Origin: a virus
DNA: 42,742 nt
Virus record (IMG/VR): IMGVR_UViG_3300045988_096127
Span: 1-42,742 of that record
Strand: one strand, 5' to 3'
Below are positions 7,570 to 16,100 of this stretch, piece by piece. The notes beneath the pieces were generated by a model. The model ran no database searches. It saw only the letters and a list, made by a program, of their open reading frames with translations, and was not told where the DNA came from. Each line of letters begins with the position of its first letter. Within the stretch, counting starts at the first letter, position 1. Both the position numbers and the translations under genes were made by a program.

Positions 7570-9744
7570 TTATGAATGCACCCCCTCTGCTGCCTGCTGC
7601 AATGCTTCTGTTACTCCATTAGCCAAATATGAAATCACTCCATCAAGATCTGTATCCTGGCTTACCGTATTGGTAACGCCGCCCATATTTACATTTACAC
7701 TTGCTGTTGTAAAACGATTGATGACTTCCCGCTCTGCAAGGTCTCTCATGTACTCCAAATTCTCATTGCTGATATCTACAGAATCTGCAATTGCGCTTGT
7801 ATCTTTCGAAATATCGCCCAACGTTGAAGCCATTCCATCTGATGTGGAATCATATCCAGCGGAAGTAAGTAAATCCGAAAAACTGTCTGTAGATAATTCA
7901 CCGGAAAAAACAGAAGATATTTTATCATCAATTCCTTTTCCAAAATCATAACCACTTTGATACGCATCACCATAATTTATACGGTCAAGCGTGTAGTCTT
8001 CTGGATTCAACTGATTTGCTGCTGTTCCTCCAGCATCTTCGATTTTTGCATCGATTTTTGCCTGTATTGTATCCTGAAAGCCACTCACCGCATCAGCAAG
8101 ACTAGATCCAAAGATTGTATCTAGTAATTTTGCCGCGCTTTCAACAACACTCAGTATGAAATTGAAAAGAGACATAAACATGGTTTCAATAGCAATAATC
8201 GGATGTTCAAAAACAATTCCAAAAGATGCTGCGAAATTTGCAATTAAATTCCACAGACCGACTCCGACTGTTATGATCCTGTTCAGCCACCCTATCAAAA
8301 TATTTCCAATCAGAGCACCAGCTGTAGCGATAACTCCACATATAACACCTGTCGCACTGATAGTTGTACCCTGTACCTTATTAATTGCTGCAATGACCAT
8401 ATAAATTACTGCTATCACTGCAACTATTGCAAGTACAATCCATGTAAGCGGACAAGCATATAAAGCAGCATTAAATGCAATCTGTGCCGCAGATGCTCCG
8501 GTTGTAGCTGCCGCTTCTGTTGCTGTAGCTGTCCCATGCGCAACCGCTCTTATCGCAGCGACCAATTTTAATCCGTTGGAAACTGCTTCATATGCATTAT
8601 GCATTATAAGCACACCATTATAAAATGCCAGTGCCAATGCCACACTATAAATAATTGGACTGATAATGGACCAGTTATCAGATACGAAAGCGGCTCCCTG
8701 AATCAGCGTATTAACCACACTCAGTGATACATTTGCAAGTACAGCCATATCATTTATTGCAGTCTGCGTAAATTGTTTAAATTCCTCACTATTCGCAATC
8801 TCATTAATTCTCTGTAATACCGGTTGGAATTTCATTAATGCTGTATTTTGCATAGATGTCCAAATCTGCGACCATGTCATAGGCATATTATTAAACTTGT
8901 CGTTGATCTCATCAGAAGCAGAAAAGATTGCCTGTTTTACAATATCAGCCGAAATCTGTCCCTCCGACGCCATCTGCCGGATTTCTCCGATCGGGACTTC
9001 GAGATAATTTGCGATCTCCTGTATAAGGTTCGGAGCCTGCTCAAAGATACTATTAAGCTCATCACCACGAAGGACGCCAGAGCCTAATGCCTGTGATAAC
9101 TGCAACATTGCATTTGAAGCTTCTGTCGTGGATGCGCCGGCAATTACCATCTCTTTTTGTACAAGATTTGCAAAATCAACGACCTCTGCCGAACTGCTAA
9201 AAGCATCCTTCGCATTATTTCCAAATTTTGCAACGACTGCTGACATATCTGCAAATGAACCTCTGGCATCCTGCGCAGACGCATACACTAGATTAAATAA
9301 ATCTGACGTACTTTTTAAATTTCCTCCTACAGATTCGAAACCATTATTCATCATTTCAAGACGTGCCGTTGTTGCTGTCAGTTCGTCTGATGTATCAAGA
9401 ACATTTTTTAATGTCTGTACTGTTGCTACAGTTGCGAGTATACCTGCAGCTTTTCTAAATGCATTTTCCAATCCACCAGCAGAACTTCTTGCCTTTTCTG
9501 TCTGTTCCTGCATTTCCTGTATCTTATTATTTGATCTATCTAACTCATCCTGTATATCCTGAATCTTTCTTTCATATCCATACAATTCCTGCGTAATTGC
9601 CTGAATACCAGCAGAATTAAATGCAGAATTAGTTGCCTGATCTGTATCATGCAACGCATCCGTTGTGCTGTATAAAGCGGCTGTGATACGATTTAATGGT
9701 CCTGTCATCTTATCAGTTATCTCAATAGCTGTTCCTATCGCCAT
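7570..9744 (-). CDS. Tail tape measure protein
   Basis: 724 aa. The N-terminal half is coiled-coil, the central region is hydrophobic with multiple TM helices, and the gene lies after the chaperone pair. Confidence 0.9.
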   Translation of the reverse strand: MAIGTAIEITDKMTGPLNRITAALYSTTDALHDTDQATNSAFNSAGIQAITQELYGYERKIQDIQDELDRSNNKIQEMQEQTEKARSSAGGLENAFRKAAGILATVATVQTLKNVLDTSDELTATTARLEMMNNGFESVGGNLKSTSDLFNLVYASAQDARGSFADMSAVVAKFGNNAKDAFSSSAEVVDFANLVQKEMVIAGASTTEASNAMLQLSQALGSGVLRGDELNSIFEQAPNLIQEIANYLEVPIGEIRQMASEGQISADIVKQAIFSASDEINDKFNNMPMTWSQIWTSMQNTALMKFQPVLQRINEIANSEEFKQFTQTAINDMAVLANVSLSVVNTLIQGAAFVSDNWSIISPIIYSVALALAFYNGVLIMHNAYEAVSNGLKLVAAIRAVAHGTATATEAAATTGASAAQIAFNAALYACPLTWIVLAIVAVIAVIYMVIAAINKVQGTTISATGVICGVIATAGALIGNILIGWLNRIITVGVGLWNLIANFAASFGIVFEHPIIAIETMFMSLFNFILSVVESAAKLLDTIFGSSLADAVSGFQDTIQAKIDAKIEDAGGTAANQLNPEDYTLDRINYGDAYQSGYDFGKGIDDKISSVFSGELSTDSFSDLLTSAGYDSTSDGMASTLGDISKDTSAIADSVDISNENLEYMRDLAEREVINRFTTASVNVNMGGVTNTVSQDTDLDGVISYLANGVTEALQQAAEGVHS

Positions 9745-9791
9745 AAATCCACCAACCTTTCATGAGCATAAATATAATTTTAATACTCTTG

Positions 9792-10444
9792 TTATTTTGA
9801 GCTATGCTTCATTTTTTCTTCCTGCCTTTTTTCAGCTTCAATCCTCAAATCAATTGCCGCATAAATAAAAGCACGCTCATTTTCATCTAGTTCCATTAAT
9901 CTGGACGGCAATATATGAAGCTTATGCAATGCATAATATGCATAATTGGCTTCACTATCGCCGCCTTCTATTAGTTTTTTGCCTCTTCCACCTTATCATT
10001 CATGGTTTCATCTAATCCGTTGTATTCCTGGACAAATTCGACAAAATTGTTATACTCTGCCGGATCATCTACCATTTCTTTCAAAAGATCTGATGCAGTT
10101 TTAACTCCATAGGAATCCTGTAACTCTGCATTATAAAGATCTGGGTATACTACAGCTGAAACGAGTAATTCTGCTACATATTTAGAAGAATTTACTTTTG
10201 GTCGCATAACACCTGGTTTTCCGGTGACTGGAACATCTATTGTGCATTTTTCTCTGATAGCTTCTGTTTCTTTTGTTGATAAAGCTTTAATTTCCCATTT
10301 TAACGGTTCTCCATTTTCATCGCATAATGATTTTGTTGCAGCAAAAAATGCATTTTTCTTTTCCTTTTTGTTCTTTTTCAAAAAATATGCTAAATTTCCC
10401 ATATCACTTACCTCATTCTTAAAATATAAAGGCAGACACTGCAT
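9792..10444 (-). CDS. Tail assembly chaperone, predicted -1 frameshift fusion product (XkdN-like plus a 60-aa extension)
   Basis: A slippery heptamer A_AAA_AAC ends the zero-frame ORF. The -1 frame stays open for 60 codons (LIEGGDSEANYAYYALHKLHILPSRLMELDENERAFIYAAIDLRIEAEKRQEEKMKHSSK) up to TAA at 9792..9794. Confidence 0.65.
9971..10444 (-). CDS. Tail assembly chaperone (XkdN-like), zero-frame product
   Basis: 'FFAATKSLCDENGEPLKWEIKALSTKETEAIREKCT' is typical of XkdN-family proteins. It lies between the tube and tape measure genes. Confidence 0.85.
   Translation of the reverse strand: MQCLPLYFKNEVSDMGNLAYFLKKNKKEKKNAFFAATKSLCDENGEPLKWEIKALSTKETEAIREKCTIDVPVTGKPGVMRPKVNSSKYVAELLVSAVVYPDLYNAELQDSYGVKTASDLLKEMVDDPAEYNNFVEFVQEYNGLDETMNDKVEEAKN
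9974..9980 (-). promoter_or_regulatory. Programmed -1 ribosomal frameshift heptamer A_AAA_AAC
   Basis: The minus strand reads GCA AAA AAC TAA. This fits the X_XXY_YYZ pattern directly before the stop codon of the chaperone. Confidence 0.6.
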
Positions 10445-10471
10445 GATCTGCTAATTGCCTGCCTCAACTCT

Positions 10472-10942
10472 TTACATATATTCTGGATCTGTATATCTCT
10501 CTGGCGAATCAAAATCCATTGCATATCCTTCAATGGTCTGCTCTACAAATTCGCCGTCTGCATCGAACATCGATAAAAGAACATCTCCCTCAATTACACA
10601 CTGCTCATATACCTTCGTGCTCCGTCCCATACAAGTTGCTGAATCGCTACTCGTTACCTGGCATTCAAAGGTTGGCAATAAGCCTGTATTCTTAAATTCC
10701 TCGATCAATTTATCAAACATTTCACTGCATTTATAAACTGTCATTGAGAATTTAATGGTAAGTCCGACCGCTTTTTTACCATCAATCAATGCACCTAATC
10801 TTGTCACATCGGCATTTTTGACATTTGCTTTTGCTTCAAATTTTTTTGCATTAAGCATAGAATAACGTCTTCCATTAATTGTGCAAAAAAACTCTGCCTG
10901 TTTTGCGCTTGGTGCATCCTGCGTATTCATAAACTGTTTCGA
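10472..10942 (-). CDS. Tail tube protein (XkdM-like)
   Basis: Follows the sheath gene. The start was chosen at the ATG 9 nt after AGGAGG; the ORF-track start at 10969 is a TTG inside the sheath gene 3' end. Confidence 0.85.
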   Translation of the reverse strand, partial: SKQFMNTQDAPSAKQAEFFCTINGRRYSMLNAKKFEAKANVKNADVTRLGALIDGKKAVGLTIKFSMTVYKCSEMFDKLIEEFKNTGLLPTFECQVTSSDSATCMGRSTKVYEQCVIEGDVLLSMFDADGEFVEQTIEGYAMDFDSPERYTDPEYM

Positions 10943-10961
10943 CATGCCCATCTTCCTCCTA

Positions 10962-12251
10962 TTACTCAATCATTGATTTCATGTACAATTTTTCCATTGT
11001 ATTAATAATGGTAATTGCACTGTTAATAAGTACTGATTTCTTTGTATCGCCCTGTTCTACAGTAATATCTTCTGGGTCAAAATCTTCGATTGCATTGATA
11101 TCGCTTAACTGCTGATCAATTTTCACAATATCTGACCATAAACTTACTCTTCCCGATTTGTCATTCGGAACCTTGCCAAGATATTTGGAAGCAAAAATTG
11201 AAGCAATGGAATCTGCTCTTGTGTCGATGACACGGATTGTCTGATTATCCTTGAAAATATCGCCCATTTCGTCTGTAATGCTGGTAAAAGAATTGATATC
11301 CTCAAGAACATGAACCTCTGTACCCACCTGATGTAACACCCATTCGCCTTTTCCCAAAGCTTCTGTAAGTTCATCCTGGGTAAATTCAGTGTTAATGCTT
11401 AATTCGCCATCATATTTCATATTTGTCGCAGATTTATTTACAGCAATACCGGCAATAACACCTGTAGCCCAATACACAAGTTCTGCACTGTTTTTCACAT
11501 TTACACATGAAATCGAATCTGCCGAACTATAATCGTGCATAACCACCTGTAATCGAATGCCTACATCATTTCTTAATCTGTCTGCAAAAGCGGCATACAG
11601 TCCTTTTACTGCACTTTCAGATCCGGCATATCCAATTGCATTCACATCTGGATAAGAACTGATTTTATCTAAAAATGCCTGATGATTTGATGTCGATGCT
11701 GTACCATTTGTTCCACCGCTTAATGCTGTTGCTGCTGTAACAGACAATTCAGCGGATTTTTTCCACATAACAAAATCATTATCAATAAGCTCTGATGCTT
11801 TGGAAACTGTCTGACTGTCCATTTTTTCAGTTCCTAGATACAGTAACACATCGAATTTTTCACCATTATCCACATTTGTCTGAATAACAACCTTAAGATC
11901 ATTTCCCTTTTTGCCTGTATATTTTGCTTCCGCAAATGTATTTGAAGCTTTTACTCCCCCAGAAGTAACTTTATATACATATACTTTGGACGCATGTTTG
12001 AAAAGTTCTCTTAATGACAACATTTCTGCTGCATCATAGTCGAATCCAAATATTTTTTTACTATCCTTCATGAAATCCGAAGCTGTGACACCAATCACCT
12101 TATCATCAGCACCCCAGTCCAGTTCCAACGCCATTGCAGCTACGCCCCTGTCTGATAACGTTGCTGATGCAATTGCTTTTGAAATGAACTGAAAATAAGC
12201 CCCCGGAAGTACTTTATTCTGTGTTAAATATGTTCCTCCACCTAATGCCAT
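10962..12251 (-). CDS. Contractile tail sheath protein (XkdK-like)
   Basis: 'GGGTYLTQNKVLPGAYFQFIS' is a typical sheath N-terminus. The protein is 429 aa and is followed by the tube gene. Confidence 0.9.
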   Translation of the reverse strand: MALGGGTYLTQNKVLPGAYFQFISKAIASATLSDRGVAAMALELDWGADDKVIGVTASDFMKDSKKIFGFDYDAAEMLSLRELFKHASKVYVYKVTSGGVKASNTFAEAKYTGKKGNDLKVVIQTNVDNGEKFDVLLYLGTEKMDSQTVSKASELIDNDFVMWKKSAELSVTAATALSGGTNGTASTSNHQAFLDKISSYPDVNAIGYAGSESAVKGLYAAFADRLRNDVGIRLQVVMHDYSSADSISCVNVKNSAELVYWATGVIAGIAVNKSATNMKYDGELSINTEFTQDELTEALGKGEWVLHQVGTEVHVLEDINSFTSITDEMGDIFKDNQTIRVIDTRADSIASIFASKYLGKVPNDKSGRVSLWSDIVKIDQQLSDINAIEDFDPEDITVEQGDTKKSVLINSAITIINTMEKLYMKSMIE

Positions 12252-12436
12252 TATTTTCCACTCTTACCCTTTCCATAAAACGAATCAATCATCTTATCAA
12301 TTTCTTCTGTTGAATAATTTTTATTCTTGTCCAGATTTCCAACTAAAAAATCTCTGTACTTTTTATATCTCATGGAACTTACAATCTGTTCCTTTGAGAA
12401 TAAAATCTTTTCTGGTTCTTTTTTTGTTTCTGCCAT
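12251..12436 (-). CDS. Small hypothetical structural-module protein
   Basis: 61-aa ORF with an ATGA-type junction to the sheath gene. No motif recognised. Confidence 0.55.
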   Translation of the reverse strand: MAETKKEPEKILFSKEQIVSSMRYKKYRDFLVGNLDKNKNYSTEEIDKMIDSFYGKGKSGK

Positions 12437-12447
12437 GTTATCCTCCT

Positions 12448-12873
12448 TTACATCACTTTTGTACTTTCCTCAAACTGCATCATGCTTTCTAATTCCTCTT
12501 TTTTGAGCAAAAACAGATCATATGTAATCTGAAAATGTAAAACTCCATCCACTACATTTCCACTTACATTACTGCCACGTATAATCTTATCCTCTACAGT
12601 AATAGCACTGAGGCATTCGATTAGAGTCTCATAGACGGTATTACATTCATCCACAGGCTCATCATCTGATTTAGGAAAATAGTCAATCACAAACGGATAA
12701 TATCGTCTTGAGCGAACTTTTCCAGTCACTTCCACACTTGGATTCAGACACATAACAGAAAAACACGGATTTTTTAATCCCTGCTCTACCAATTCTGTAT
12801 ATACTTTAAAATGTGCTGAACCATATTCTGTCCTAATTGCTTCGATAATTCCATCAATTACTTTCTGTATCAT
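12448..12873 (-). CDS. Tail completion / terminator-like protein (XkdJ position)
   Basis: Start moved to 'MIQKVIDG', which forms an ATGA overlap with the upstream stop. The function is assigned from synteny only. Confidence 0.6.
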   Translation of the reverse strand: MIQKVIDGIIEAIRTEYGSAHFKVYTELVEQGLKNPCFSVMCLNPSVEVTGKVRSRRYYPFVIDYFPKSDDEPVDECNTVYETLIECLSAITVEDKIIRGSNVSGNVVDGVLHFQITYDLFLLKKEELESMMQFEESTKVM

Positions 12874-13421
12874 TTCATCGCGTCCTCCAGAAATTTTTGC
12901 AATTTTCGTTCTAAAATCTGTGGTGTAACGGTTCTTAATTCTGCTTCTGAAATTGTTAACATGAATTTTCCCGGAACCCATCCCTGATGATTTCGTTTTC
13001 TGTGACCGTATTCCACATATGCAGCATATTCAACAGGATTTGTAATCTCGACTTTGAATGTATTACCAATACGATCAATTTTCATTGAATTTGCATATTC
13101 TTCTGGTTTTTTACCATTTCCATTGCCATTTACTGCCTCTTCATGTGTTTCCGCTGTCCAGCCACGCCTGAGCGTACCTCCTTTTTTGGGAGTGACCTTC
13201 TTTTTATATTTATCTCCCTTTTTATGGTATTTCGAATCTCTTTTTGCTGTTACTTCAATTTCTTTTGAATAATTCCCAGGCTTAGTACGCTTTATTACTT
13301 TTGCTAATAATCTGGCGGCCAATTCTTTACAGCAGGCCTTCATAAATTCATCTTTCTGCTGTTTATTCAGATCCTCGATTTTTCTTGTGAAATCCTGTAA
13401 TTCTTTATACTTTACGCTCAT
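12870..13421 (-). CDS. HK97 gp10-like head-tail component
   Basis: 'GTLRRGWT' and the size and position fit the gp10 family. The ATG start overlaps the upstream TAA. Confidence 0.65.
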   Translation of the reverse strand: MSVKYKELQDFTRKIEDLNKQQKDEFMKACCKELAARLLAKVIKRTKPGNYSKEIEVTAKRDSKYHKKGDKYKKKVTPKKGGTLRRGWTAETHEEAVNGNGNGKKPEEYANSMKIDRIGNTFKVEITNPVEYAAYVEYGHRKRNHQGWVPGKFMLTISEAELRTVTPQILERKLQKFLEDAMK

Positions 13422-13777
13422 TATGACCACTTTTCCTTCAATTCGAGAATAACTTCCTGATGTGTTTCATATACCGCCGGCTTACCGGAGCTTGCATAAT
13501 CCGTTGTGACACCATTCTGCGTTACCGATATCTTTGAACCTGGTTCTATGATTTTCTCCGGTTTTAAAAATAGCTTTACAGTTTGCGTTTGAATTGAAGC
13601 TCTATCTCCTTCCTTGGTAGATTCCTTACTATTAAAAGAAAGTCTGCAAGGCTCATTCTCTAAAATCACAGTATTAGTAAATCCTGTCGATCCATTAGGC
13701 TTCTCGCATTCTGCACGTTGCGTCACGGTGCATCTTCCATCATATGTGCTTTCAATGATTTTTCTTACCATGTTCAT
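13421..13777 (-). CDS. Head closure / head-tail adaptor protein
   Basis: 118 aa, positioned after the gp6-like connector. Called from synteny and size. Confidence 0.6.
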   Translation of the reverse strand: MNMVRKIIESTYDGRCTVTQRAECEKPNGSTGFTNTVILENEPCRLSFNSKESTKEGDRASIQTQTVKLFLKPEKIIEPGSKISVTQNGVTTDYASSGKPAVYETHQEVILELKEKWS

Positions 13778-14142
13778 GTGAACACTACCTTCCTGTATCG
13801 GTTTAAAGATGATTTGTAGTTTTTCATGAGACTATCTGTAAATGATGCAGATACAGTGCCAAATGATGTAGAAGTATCACCGATTTGAGCCGAAGAAACT
13901 CTTTGTGGTGTCTCTAATTCTCCCGGCTTTTCATTTCTGTAAATATCCATTGCCATGCGCAAAACTGTTGTTTCTAATTCTACTGGTATTTCATCAATGT
14001 GACAGTAATTTTTCACAATTTCTTTTGCGTTATCCAATGCAAACTCTACACATATTTCTATGCTCTGCTCATCGGCATTTAATCCAAGAAGTGCTAACAG
14101 CCTTTCGGCTGTCAGCTTGCTACTTCCTTCCATGATCATCAC
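13774..14142 (-). CDS. gp6-like head-tail connector (QLRG/DNA-packaging family)
   Basis: 'LLALLGLNADEQSIEICVEFALDNAKEIVKNYCHI' matches the connector pattern. The start is ambiguous (GTG 14142, ATG 14139 or ATG 14133). Confidence 0.65.
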   Translation of the reverse strand: MMIMEGSSKLTAERLLALLGLNADEQSIEICVEFALDNAKEIVKNYCHIDEIPVELETTVLRMAMDIYRNEKPGELETPQRVSSAQIGDTSTSFGTVSASFTDSLMKNYKSSLNRYRKVVFT

Positions 14143-15153
14143 CTACCCGATTTTGTGTTTAATAGCAACAATTCTAAGCTGTTTTGACTCATATACAGGT
14201 TTCCAGTTCTCTGCCATCGCAAGTTCTGTACGGAGTGGTGTTTCCACATGATCACGTTTTGCTCCAGTGTATGCAATTCCTCTTGGATGTAAAATAAATG
14301 CTTTACGGTTAATGAGATAATCAATACCAGCACCGGTCTGTTTATCACGATCCGTCTCGGTAGCCACAAACCCAACAGGAGAACCATTACCATATGCTAC
14401 TGCGCCATTTCCAAAAAGATATGTAGTGTACACACCTCCGGCACCTACTGGGCATCCGTCATCTACAGTTACACGTCTACCCTGATAGGTATCAAACTCT
14501 ACATCCGTAGAATCACGCTCTGTCTCAATGAGATTCAGTTTCTTCAGATAAGACTTTGTTGCTGAATGCATTGCGACGCCAGATAACTGTGACTGTGCAT
14601 CACCAAGCAACTGACATGCATCAATAAATGCTGACGCACTGATCTGCTTTGCTGCTTCTGTCTTACCTGCAGTAAGATCAAGAATATGATCTTTCATTCT
14701 GGTCTCTGCCGCCGGTGTTCCTTCCGATCCTGCTGTAGTTGTACCAAATACTCCAGTAAGAATCGCAATCAGCTCTTTCTGCATATCACGTGCCCAATAA
14801 GACGCAACCAGATCACCAATCGCTTTCATTGGATCAGCACCTGCCAAAGCAGCGGAAAGATTCGTTGCTCCCCACATATTCTGGCGGAAAATGGTAGTTG
14901 ATACATCCTCATTGGAACCAATTTTCTTAGCAGTCATCTTGACATCTTCAAGAATCGCTTCGGATTCCCCCTGTAAATCCTCAAAAAACGGCATATTATG
15001 TGTTCTTGCCGCTTCGCTTGCCAACACATCAAATTCTGGACTGTTTACCACAATCCCACTCTTGAAAAACTCTGATAACTCCATTGTTCTGTTGATTACA
15101 TACGGGTTAAAAAGTTCCGGTACAATAACGTCTGAAATTTTTGTAATTGCCAT
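14143..15153 (-). CDS. Major capsid protein (HK97-fold type)
   Basis: 336 aa, directly after the scaffold gene. The N-terminus 'MAITKISDVIVPELFNPYVI' is typical of capsid proteins in this phage class. Confidence 0.85.
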   Translation of the reverse strand: MAITKISDVIVPELFNPYVINRTMELSEFFKSGIVVNSPEFDVLASEAARTHNMPFFEDLQGESEAILEDVKMTAKKIGSNEDVSTTIFRQNMWGATNLSAALAGADPMKAIGDLVASYWARDMQKELIAILTGVFGTTTAGSEGTPAAETRMKDHILDLTAGKTEAAKQISASAFIDACQLLGDAQSQLSGVAMHSATKSYLKKLNLIETERDSTDVEFDTYQGRRVTVDDGCPVGAGGVYTTYLFGNGAVAYGNGSPVGFVATETDRDKQTGAGIDYLINRKAFILHPRGIAYTGAKRDHVETPLRTELAMAENWKPVYESKQLRIVAIKHKIG

Positions 15154-15173
15154 AAATATTTATCCTCTCTTTC

Positions 15174-15785
15174 TTAAATCGTTACTCCAGCCGCAGCGGC
15201 AAGTTCTTTTGCCTGTGCTGGATTTTCTTTTAAAATGCGTCCCTGCTCAGTCAGATTGAATGTTTCCTTTGCAAATGGATTTGCTGTACCACCTGCGCCA
15301 CCATTTTTCGGATTATACGGTGGTTTCTGCTGTTCCTGTTTAAACAAATGTACCATTGCCGCATCCTCTTTATATGGTTTCACAGCATCCTCTACGCCAA
15401 CAGGCTTCCCTTCTTTATCGAAGTTGAACTTATCCAGCCCACCTGCCTTATAAATCAGATAGTCTGGATCCAGAACTCCCTGCTTTGCAAGAGATTCTTT
15501 TAAGGCGTATGTCTTTGCTGTTTTCTCTGCTGAATATTTAAGGTCTTTAATCTCAGTTTCATATTCTCCAATTTTTTTCTGCAAATCTGCATTATCTCCA
15601 TTGGATTTTTTAAGCTCTGTGATCGTGTCATTTGCAGTTTCCAACTCTTTGACTTTGTTATTAAAATCATCTTTTGGTACTGCATGTTTTGGGAACTCTT
15701 TCTGTGCCGCATTCATGACTGCATCCACATCAAGTTTTCCATCTTTAATCTCTGCTTTTTCTAAAATTGCCTTTAACCATTCCAT
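15174..15785 (-). CDS. Scaffolding protein (GP20-like)
   Basis: 'EFPKHAVPKDDFNNKVKELETANDTITELK' is a coiled-coil, GP20-type sequence. It lies upstream of the capsid gene. Confidence 0.8.
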   Translation of the reverse strand: MEWLKAILEKAEIKDGKLDVDAVMNAAQKEFPKHAVPKDDFNNKVKELETANDTITELKKSNGDNADLQKKIGEYETEIKDLKYSAEKTAKTYALKESLAKQGVLDPDYLIYKAGGLDKFNFDKEGKPVGVEDAVKPYKEDAAMVHLFKQEQQKPPYNPKNGGAGGTANPFAKETFNLTEQGRILKENPAQAKELAAAAGVTI

Positions 15786-15900
15786 TTTTTCTTATCCTCC
15801 ATAGATTTTTATTCCCGCTCTCCGGGTATTGGGATTCTCTGTTTATTCTCCAGATGAGTAATGCCGTTCTTTAATGTCTGCGGATAAAAGACACTATAAA

Positions 15901-15975
15901 AACAGGACTGCCGGAGAAACTTACTTGGTGTCAACCTGCACCGTTCAGTTCATAAATTTCCGGTTGTCCTGTTAT
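15901..15975 (-). terminator. Long hairpin plus U-tract in the MuF-scaffold intergenic region
   Basis: On the minus strand: AACAGGACAACCGGA ... TCCGGCAGTCCTGTT (about 13 paired positions with a 2-nt internal mismatch), followed by TTTTTATAG. The roughly 42-nt interior contains GGTG..CACC. Confidence 0.45.
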
Positions 15976-15984
15976 TACTGGTTT

Positions 15985-16044
15985 TTATTGCTTTTTTACG
16001 GATATTGTTGTAATATATACATAAGATATCTTAATAAGAGTCAT
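15985..16044 (-). CDS. 19-aa mini-ORF (MTLIKISYVYITTISVKKQ) with a strong RBS
   Basis: AAAGGGGGGAACAAA precedes the ATG, and the ORF lies in an otherwise non-coding 315-bp gap. Translation is unproven. Confidence 0.25.
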   Translation of the reverse strand: MTLIKISYVYITTISVKKQ

Positions 16045-16100
16045 TTTGTTCCCCCCTTTGCCTCTGTGTTATACAGAGTTGCCGGGAGCGAAAATGGCTC

